A DNA stretch of 11,112 nucleotides from Promethearchaeota archaeon. Its GTDB lineage: Archaea > Asgardarchaeota > Lokiarchaeia > Sigyniarchaeales > SOKP01. The stretch covers positions 1-11,112 of the forward strand of contig JAEOTS010000035.1 of assembly GCA_016839745.1 (NCBI GenBank). The letters are read 5' to 3'. The notes below the pieces were generated by a model, which worked only from the letters and a program-made list of their open reading frames with translations, ran no database searches and was not told the DNA's origin. A program made the position numbers and the translations under genes. This document shows, piece by piece, positions 1-6,357 of the stretch; position 1 is the first letter of the stretch, and the number at the start of each line of letters is the position of its first letter.

Positions 1-2
1 CC

Positions 3-1883
3 TCTCTTGGAAATAAAACAACGCTTATAACCTCAGATGTCCGACCTGTTCCTCTCCAATATAGGATCGAAATTACCCAAAATAAAGATTCCACTATTAA
101 AAAAATAATCAAGGCTACCTTAGATAATCATGGACAGATCTTAGTATTCTTAAATAAAAGAAAGTCCACGCAACAGACAGCAAGAAACCTTAAAAACTTG
201 GTTAAAACTCACATTACCGAATCTGAACTTAAAGCGTGCAAAAAAATCGAAGAAAAACTTAACGCTATTAAAGGAAGACACATAGAGCTGAAAAAAGTCG
301 TGAAGTGTGGAGTTGCTTTTCATCACGCTGGCTTGCTTCCAAAAGAAAGAAAACTGATCGAGGATTCTTATCGCAAACATTTGATAAAAGTAATATGTTG
401 TACTACTACTTTATCCGCGGGTATAAATGTTCCAGCTCGAGCGGTGATAATTAAAGACTTCAAAAGATACGTTACTTCAGGCCACAATATAAAAAATTTT
501 TCCGGATACTATGAGAACGGCGATGGTTTTTCCTACTTTATGCCATTTTCTGCCAACACCATTTTCCAAATGTTAGGAAGAGCGGGTAGACCAGGATTAG
601 ACAACGAAGGATTTGGGTACTTGCTTGTTAACAATGTAGACGAGAGAGACTGGATCGAAGACCACTACTTCCAGAACGCTTTACCCTCAGAGGTATATAC
701 ACCGAAATACAACGACTTAGTTTCGGGGCTAAACAAAATAAACACATTAAAAGAGCAGGTGCTCTTAAGAATTTACGAAGAAAAAAATATTACTTTAGAT
801 AAATTAAAAGAATTCTTTCAAAAAACATTTTTTTGGTTCCGTATCAAGGATAAGATGGAGCAAGATCAGATACCAATCGATCAACTCCTCATGATTAAAG
901 AAATTACTCCTGTGAACATACTTAAACTTCACTCGGACTCTTCAAAAGTAAAATCTTTGTCGAAAAAACGCTACAAGATTAAAATCACTAAACTTACGAA
1001 ATCTAATGTGTCAGGATACATAAAAACCGATTTCGGCGTCTTTTTCACCGAGTTCGATACTGACATAGGAATTCGATGTTCTTGCGGATTTGAAAACGGT
1101 TTGTCAAATAATTACTCTAACGAGCAGTTTTCCTTCGAGTTTTGCGATCATATTACCGCTTTTTTGCTCCACTTGATCGAAATTCCCGATAAAAACTTCC
1201 AGAAATATGTAAATGATATCGTTCCTAAATCAGTTAAGAACCAGTACGTCTTAAATTACCTTTTTGACAAGGGATTAATTGTTAAAAGAGATAACGGAAT
1301 GATTAAATGTTCGCAATTCGGAAAATTGATCATTCGGTTGTATCTCTATCCCGTTTCTGGAGTACTCATCCGACATAAGCTCGAAAATGCTGCAATGGAA
1401 ACTTTCCAAGATATTGTTAAAGAAGCATACGAGGTGTTAAAAGTAGAGCTAAAAGTACGCGACTACCGATTACTCCAACCTATCTTGGAGTGGTGCGACG
1501 AAGAACCTCTTGACAATATTATGGAACGCCATAAAATTATGACCGGGGACCTTTACACTACAAAAGACAATCTAGAAAGGATCATAACTTTTATCGGAAT
1601 AATCGCAGTCCACTTGAGCGAATCAGATCTAGATCTACAAGAAGAAATGATAAAAATAGCAGAGATTGCCGAGACACTCAAAATAAGAATTCATTACGGG
1701 ATACACGAGGAACTATTCGATTTAGTATTAAGATTAAATAATGTAGCAAGGATTAGAGCAAGGATATTGCATAACGCTGGCTTTCACACAGCAAATCAAG
1801 TAAAAAAACAAAATCCTTATGTCCTAGACAGAAAAACGGGGTTAGGAATTAATCTTTGTAAAAAAATTATCAAAGGAAAGTAA
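3..1883 (+). CDS. Ski2-like SF2 helicase, Hel308/Hjm-like, with inserted SWIM zinc finger (5'-truncated by the window edge)
   Basis: The frame is open from position 3 (SLGNKTTLITSDVRPVPLQY...GQILVFLNKRKS), so the TTG at 198 is internal. Ski2/Hel308 motifs present: RPVPL, motif IV GQILVFLNKR, GVAFHHAGL, motif V CTTTLSAGINVPA, motif VI QMLGRAGRPGLD, winged-helix end SQFGKLIIRLYLYP, ratchet region LEWCDEE/GDL, C-terminal RIHYGIHEELFDL and HhH RIRAR. Motifs I-III lie upstream of the window. Confidence 0.92.
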   Translation, partial: SLGNKTTLITSDVRPVPLQYRIEITQNKDSTIKKIIKATLDNHGQILVFLNKRKSTQQTARNLKNLVKTHITESELKACKKIEEKLNAIKGRHIELKKVVKCGVAFHHAGLLPKERKLIEDSYRKHLIKVICCTTTLSAGINVPARAVIIKDFKRYVTSGHNIKNFSGYYENGDGFSYFMPFSANTIFQMLGRAGRPGLDNEGFGYLLVNNVDERDWIEDHYFQNALPSEVYTPKYNDLVSGLNKINTLKEQVLLRIYEEKNITLDKLKEFFQKTFFWFRIKDKMEQDQIPIDQLLMIKEITPVNILKLHSDSSKVKSLSKKRYKIKITKLTKSNVSGYIKTDFGVFFTEFDTDIGIRCSCGFENGLSNNYSNEQFSFEFCDHITAFLLHLIEIPDKNFQKYVNDIVPKSVKNQYVLNYLFDKGLIVKRDNGMIKCSQFGKLIIRLYLYPVSGVLIRHKLENAAMETFQDIVKEAYEVLKVELKVRDYRLLQPILEWCDEEPLDNIMERHKIMTGDLYTTKDNLERIITFIGIIAVHLSESDLDLQEEMIKIAEIAETLKIRIHYGIHEELFDLVLRLNNVARIRARILHNAGFHTANQVKKQNPYVLDRKTGLGINLCKKIIKGK

Positions 1884-1911
1884 GAAAGACAGTTTCCAAC
1901 TCAGTCGTGAC

Positions 1912-2310
1912 TTACTTTGTTAAAGAAATCTGCTTTACCCGCTTATCCACTACAGAATCAAAGCTATGAAATAAAGTCACATCGCTTTCCCAGTGGTTTG
2001 TCAGCTTACTTCGATACTTTTCGTAAAATAATTGAGCTAAATATTCAAAATTTTCGTTTGCTACTTTATGTTTAACATGAATGGTGGAAATTCCAATAAA
2101 GAAGAACGGTTTCATTTTCCTAAAGTGTAGGCGATATTGATTCATTGAAACTTTTTGCAAATCTCGTTGGAAGCAAATGTTATAAATAGAATTTATCGCG
2201 TGAAAATAAGCACCAATAAGTGTTTCATCGCATTCCAAAAGAGAGCAATGGCTAAAAATTACCTTTCCTCCTTCTGCAAGCACAAAAAAATCTAATAAAA
2301 ATTCTGGCAT
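1912..2310 (-). CDS. Stand-alone longin-fold protein (Asgard-type)
   Basis: 132 aa with the longin pattern: N-terminal hairpin FFVLAEGGKVIFSH, helix LIGAYFHAINSI, three strands (KVSMNQYRLHFRKMKPFFFIGIS), helix LAQLFYEKY, and final W..DVTLFHSFDSVVD helix. Confidence 0.8.
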   Translation of the reverse strand: MPEFLLDFFVLAEGGKVIFSHCSLLECDETLIGAYFHAINSIYNICFQRDLQKVSMNQYRLHFRKMKPFFFIGISTIHVKHKVANENFEYLAQLFYEKYRSKLTNHWESDVTLFHSFDSVVDKRVKQISLTK

Positions 2311-2334
2311 AACAATTTTTACCAGATTTTTTGA

Positions 2335-2344
2335 TTATATAAAA
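2335..2344 (-). promoter_or_regulatory. Candidate archaeal TATA box for the longin gene (leaderless transcript)
   Basis: TTTTATATAA on the minus strand ends about 25 nt upstream of the ATG at 2310, the spacing expected for leaderless archaeal mRNAs. The AT-rich background lowers specificity. Confidence 0.45.
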
Positions 2345-2438
2345 TGATGTAATATCAAAGTAGTTGATCAACACAATTTTTCCTTTTTAAATGCTTAAGA
2401 AATTACTTACTTATCCTAAAATAAAATGAAATAACCCG

Positions 2439-2723
2439 ATGGATTCTAAAAAAGAGCAAGATCCATTTGATATTCATGACCAAAGGAAAATTAGGATAAA
2501 AGAATTTCTGGTATTTAAAGAACAGGATGACGATCAAGACAACTACATCATTAAAGAATTTGAAAAGACTAAGGAGCAGACTTTAGAAGCGCTTGAGTTC
2601 ATCCAAAAAATTATAAAAAACCATCCTGACTTGAAATCTGACCGAATAAAAGGTTATCTAAAGCGACAACGCTATTTTATGAAACTCTTTCTTGAAGAAG
2701 TCAATAAAGAATATTCCGAGTAA
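2439..2723 (+). CDS. Hypothetical protein (small, charged, probably alpha-helical)
   Basis: 94-aa ATG ORF filling a gap between genes, with K/E/D-rich composition like its neighbours. No motif recognised. Confidence 0.7.
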   Translation: MDSKKEQDPFDIHDQRKIRIKEFLVFKEQDDDQDNYIIKEFEKTKEQTLEALEFIQKIIKNHPDLKSDRIKGYLKRQRYFMKLFLEEVNKEYSE

Positions 2724-2776
2724 CAATATTTTTTGTTTAAATAAAATGAGCATTACAAAGCTGTACAACTGCAAAT

Positions 2777-3025
2777 ATGGTGAGAAGAATGGGTCTTGAA
2801 ACAGAAGAAAATAGAAAACACGATACCTTAGTAATTAAAATTTCAGAATATGAATCAGTTGAGTTAGTGCTTTCGAAGATAATAATTCCTTTTTCAGAAG
2901 TCCTGAAAGCATCCAATGCTCCCGATATTTATTTTGGAAACGAAAAAATCCCCTTTGAAAAACGGAATCCAATCTATAAGAGCATTATGAGACAAGAATT
3001 TGCCGATGCGATGCGTTCAGACTAA
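2777..3025 (+). CDS. Hypothetical protein
   Basis: 82-aa ORF (alternative ATG at 2789) with protein-like composition. Its stop overlaps the stop of the convergent gene at 3022-3025. Confidence 0.6.
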   Translation: MVRRMGLETEENRKHDTLVIKISEYESVELVLSKIIIPFSEVLKASNAPDIYFGNEKIPFEKRNPIYKSIMRQEFADAMRSD

Positions 3026-3552
3026 TTTTTTTGAGAAATTTTATAATAGAATTGTGCATCTTTTAGAGGGATTAAAAATCCCTTCTTCTTAAATTTTTTA
3101 ATAAGACGGGGTATTTCATGACTTGGGATTCCAATATCTTCAGCCATAATTTCAATCATGTACGCTGGAAATTTCCGATGAAGTTTAGAAAGGTTTAGTA
3201 AGAGAGTTTTAAATTTAAGGCTGTTATCCGGTTCGTCACTAAATTTTGCTTTAGCATAAGAAAATGATATATCATTGTTATGAATACTTTTTGTGTCAAT
3301 TATAAAATCGTTTTGTGATCTGAATTCGGGAACAGCTAATTCATTTTGCTTCCTTTTCACGGTATCTACAGCAAGTGTCATACCATGCACAATTTCTCCT
3401 TCATTTAGAACGGTTTTCACCTTGTGAGAACGCCCACATCGCAAGCACTTTTTAGTTTTCTGAGTGGTTTTCACGTATACGAACTGCTGACAGTTTTTGC
3501 ACGCGAAAATTAAATAAGGAGTTTTGTCCTTTTTGAAAACAGTTTCTTCCAC
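3022..3552 (-). CDS. DUF1922-like zinc-ribbon protein with C-terminal winged-helix domain
   Basis: YLIFACKNCQQFVYVKTTQKTKKCLRCGRSHKV has two CxxC knuckles in a DUF1922/MTH1184-like context. The C-terminal MAEDIGIPSHEIPRLIKKFKKKGFLIPLKDAQFYYKI is a typical wHTH ending. I moved the start from 3603 to GTG 3552, which lies 1 nt after the Hef stop and 8 nt after a GAGGT Shine-Dalgarno-like motif. Confidence 0.78.
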   Translation of the reverse strand: MEETVFKKDKTPYLIFACKNCQQFVYVKTTQKTKKCLRCGRSHKVKTVLNEGEIVHGMTLAVDTVKRKQNELAVPEFRSQNDFIIDTKSIHNNDISFSYAKAKFSDEPDNSLKFKTLLLNLSKLHRKFPAYMIEIMAEDIGIPSHEIPRLIKKFKKKGFLIPLKDAQFYYKISQKN

Positions 3553-3553
3553 A

Positions 3554-5719
3554 TTAGGCAACCTCGTATTCTTTTTTGGAGTGTAAATATATGTTTTTAA
3601 CAATGAAATATAATTCTTCAGGAAGGTCGATAGGAATAGCTTTCAAATCGTTATTTAAACCCCATTCTTTTATTTCTCGCTTAAGAAGTCGTTCTTCGTC
3701 TTGATATTTCTCAGAAAAGTCAACAAAATCGAAAATTGAAACAAATAGATTATATTTCTTACTCAAGTGAGAAATCTTCTTTAGCAGCGCCTCCTTTTCA
3801 AATTGATGTGGATCTAAAGCTTGGATTATGACGCGATCGAACATAGTAATGTGATTTATAGATTTCACCACCTCGAAAGGTATTTGGTCTCGTTGAAGAT
3901 TTTTTCTTATCCCGTATTTAACGGGAAGGGATTGGCTTATTTTGATTTCTGTCGTATTTTGTAATGTTTCTTTTGAGCTTGATAAATCATGTAAATAAGC
4001 CTGTAAATTGCCTTGTTTTTGGTGAGCTCCAACTTTTCTGGGGGGTTCAGAATGCGGTTCTTCTAAAGGATTTTCTTCTACTATCATTTCCTTAGGAACT
4101 TTTGTGTAAGAAGTTCGTAGCTGATGATCGCTTTTAAGGTTGATGTTCATTTTCTTTAGCTTGCTAAGAGCGATGTGCATATAAATCTCGTCGTGAGTGT
4201 CCTTGCAATAAAGAATAATAACTTTTCCTTCGCGATGGCGAGCAGTTCTTCCCTTTCTTTGGATAAATCTAATTTCTGATGCAACTACATCGTAAAAAAT
4301 AACTAGATCGCATTCTGCTATGTCTAAACCCTCTTCTCCTACGTTAGTACTCACAAGGATATTGTAATGACCTTGTTTGAACTGTTCTAATATTGCTAAC
4401 TGATTTTTCTGTGACATCCCTTTGTCGTCCTTAGATTTAGTAGATTGTCCTACAAATCTAGAGGGTCTAATAATATCTGTATTAGCGTTTTTTAACTTAG
4501 TTACTATATTTTTGACTGAATCTCGCAGTTTTACAAAAACTAAAACCCTTGATTCAGGGTTATTTTTAAACTCTTGTAAGAGAAGTTTTTCGAGCACGTA
4601 AAATTTAGGGTGTATGAGTTGCACTGGAGATAAATCCTCGTTCTTTTTTAATTCAATATAAATTTGGTTTATCCTATGGTCTGAAGCGAGTATTTTTACC
4701 GCCTTCGAGCTAGTTTTTTTTCGAGCGTCTTGTTTTACTTTTGTCAAATATATTAGTAACACATCTAAGCCTTGTTGTTCTATCAATTCAAGCATGTGAT
4801 AAAGGATTAGCGCTTGAGCGTTTACCGATAAAGCGCTGTAAACTCCCGTTTTATCTCCGTCTCCTTTTACTAGTCTAATTAACTCGGAGTTAAGCTTTAT
4901 TAAATCCTTTCTGATCACTTTAGTATGTAATTTATCTGCTCTCACATTTAAAAAACCGAGTTGAGATAAGTATTGTAAGCGCTCTTCTAAAAGAGTTTGG
5001 ACTGCTAAATAAGCATCTCCCATAAGTTCGGTGAGATTAACGCCAATTTTGTAAACATCCATAGCTTTTAAATAAGTTTTCACATCGACATCCTTTCTTG
5101 TTCGGGTATGAATGTTTGCGAGCGGTATATGTAAGTTCTTACATAGGATTTTGATCTTCTCTTTAGATGATCCTGGGCTAGCTGTTAATCCTAAAATTAT
5201 TCCATCCGGATTTTGATCAACATATTCGTCTGCGATAAGAGTGTAAGCGTAGTCACCTGTAGCATGGTGAGCCTCATCGAAAATAATTAAACACACGTCT
5301 TCTAAATTGTATTTTTTGTTGACTAAGTCATTTCGCAAAGTTTGGGGTGTGTAAAAAATGATTTGGTTTTCCTGGAATAGTTCTACTCTGTTCTCAGGAG
5401 TGGTTTTACCAGTTAACACTACGAATTGCTCTTCGGGAATTGTCATTAAATTCTTAAACGAATCGTAATGCTGGTTGATTAAAGGTCTTGTTGGTGCTAA
5501 AACTACAATTTTACTATTGGGGAGAAAATTTTCTAAAGTCCCTGCCGCTACATACACTCCGATGATCGTTTTTCCTAATCCGGTAGGAAGAACAACAAGA
5601 GAATTTTTAGATGCACATTCTTTAGCAATTTTTAACTGGTATTCTCTGTGTTCTATATGCTTCTCCCGCAAATATGTCATTTTTTTCGTAGTATTTTCAC
5701 TTTTCTCTAGTTCGAGCAC
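3554..5719 (-). CDS. hef: Hef/FANCM/Mph1-family DEAH helicase with degenerate C-terminal ERCC4-like domain
   Basis: Motifs: REYQ (Q), LPTGLGKT (I), LAPTRPL (Ia), TPQ (Ib), DEAHH (II), GLTASPG (III), HPK, VLVF (IV), RFVGQ..GMSQKNQ, STNVGEEGLDI (V), IQRKGRTAR (VI). GTG start with AAGGAG 9 nt upstream. Confidence 0.95.
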   Translation of the reverse strand: MLELEKSENTTKKMTYLREKHIEHREYQLKIAKECASKNSLVVLPTGLGKTIIGVYVAAGTLENFLPNSKIVVLAPTRPLINQHYDSFKNLMTIPEEQFVVLTGKTTPENRVELFQENQIIFYTPQTLRNDLVNKKYNLEDVCLIIFDEAHHATGDYAYTLIADEYVDQNPDGIILGLTASPGSSKEKIKILCKNLHIPLANIHTRTRKDVDVKTYLKAMDVYKIGVNLTELMGDAYLAVQTLLEERLQYLSQLGFLNVRADKLHTKVIRKDLIKLNSELIRLVKGDGDKTGVYSALSVNAQALILYHMLELIEQQGLDVLLIYLTKVKQDARKKTSSKAVKILASDHRINQIYIELKKNEDLSPVQLIHPKFYVLEKLLLQEFKNNPESRVLVFVKLRDSVKNIVTKLKNANTDIIRPSRFVGQSTKSKDDKGMSQKNQLAILEQFKQGHYNILVSTNVGEEGLDIAECDLVIFYDVVASEIRFIQRKGRTARHREGKVIILYCKDTHDEIYMHIALSKLKKMNINLKSDHQLRTSYTKVPKEMIVEENPLEEPHSEPPRKVGAHQKQGNLQAYLHDLSSSKETLQNTTEIKISQSLPVKYGIRKNLQRDQIPFEVVKSINHITMFDRVIIQALDPHQFEKEALLKKISHLSKKYNLFVSIFDFVDFSEKYQDEERLLKREIKEWGLNNDLKAIPIDLPEELYFIVKNIYLHSKKEYEVA

Positions 5720-5728
5720 TTTCTTTAA

Positions 5729-5734
5729 CTCCTT
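5729..5734 (-). promoter_or_regulatory. Shine-Dalgarno site of hef overlapping the upstream stop codon
   Basis: The minus strand reads TAAAGGAGTTAAAGAAA-GTG, where the TAA ends the 191-aa gene. This suggests translational coupling. Confidence 0.65.
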
Positions 5735-6309
5735 TATGTGATTTGTATGAGATAATCTTCTACTTCTAATTTTGTGATTAATTTTTTACTTTTATTATAA
5801 AACGATATTAACCTTCCTAATTCAACCGCGAGTTTCGAAGGATAGATCAAACCATTTCCTCTATACTCGAAGAAATACGGATGAGATCGCTTGAGCTCAC
5901 CTACCTTTCTAGAGAGCTCAGTGTTGTTTTTCTTAATATCAAATCCTTTTCCAATTTGTATGTGTTGGAAATAATACACGATGTCATTTAGCACTTTAAC
6001 TTGTGCTTGGTTAATTTCAATTTCTTTAGGCTCGTCAGTAATAAGGCTTTTTACTTCCGATTTTAACTTTAAGACTAGATAAGTTTTGTTGTTTTTCCAC
6101 TTTTTATACAGATAGAAGTCTTCAAATACCGTGCTAAATAAATGTTGAAAGCTAAAAACGATATCTAAAATCTCGTTTAGCTCTTCTTCAGACAATTTGA
6201 GATACACAGCTAACTTATCGAGATTAAACAGGGTATTTTTCCTGGTTTGGAACTTCTCCAAAGCTGATATTACTTGATGTAACTGCTTAATTATTACGCT
6301 TTGAGCCAT
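5734..6309 (-). CDS. Hypothetical protein, possible tandem winged-helix
   Basis: 191-aa ATG ORF. FNLDKLAVYLKLSEEELNEILDIV looks like an HTH followed by a hairpin (YLYKKWKNNKTYLVL). YFFEYRGNGLIYPSKLAVELG resembles a second wing. The fold call is tentative. Confidence 0.7.
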   Translation of the reverse strand: MAQSVIIKQLHQVISALEKFQTRKNTLFNLDKLAVYLKLSEEELNEILDIVFSFQHLFSTVFEDFYLYKKWKNNKTYLVLKLKSEVKSLITDEPKEIEINQAQVKVLNDIVYYFQHIQIGKGFDIKKNNTELSRKVGELKRSHPYFFEYRGNGLIYPSKLAVELGRLISFYNKSKKLITKLEVEDYLIQIT

Positions 6310-6319
6310 TATTAGTTAT

Positions 6320-6357
6320 AGAAAACAAGAAAATAAAAAGAAAAAATTTAAAAATAA
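6320..6357 (-). terminator. T-rich tract after the permease gene, candidate archaeal terminator
   Basis: The minus strand after the stop reads TTATTTTTAAATTTTTTCTTTTTATTTTCTTGTTTTCT. Confidence 0.45.

Noticed and set aside
198-200. TTG start proposed for the helicase
   Set aside because: The frame is open to the window edge and encodes RPVPL and motif IV upstream, so the true start is outside the window.
150-380. 76-aa minus-strand ORF
   Set aside because: Antisense shadow of the helicase with F/S-rich, non-protein-like composition.
3553-3603. 50-nt overlap between hef and the Zn-ribbon gene using TTG 3603
   Set aside because: GTG 3552 with a well-spaced GAGGT explains the gene without a long overlap.
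3911-3925. CCCGT-ATTTA-ACGGG inverted repeat
   Set aside because: 5-bp arms inside the hef coding sequence, expected by chance.
5475-5741. 88-aa plus-strand ORF
   Set aside because: Antisense to conserved Hef motifs Q/I/Ia.
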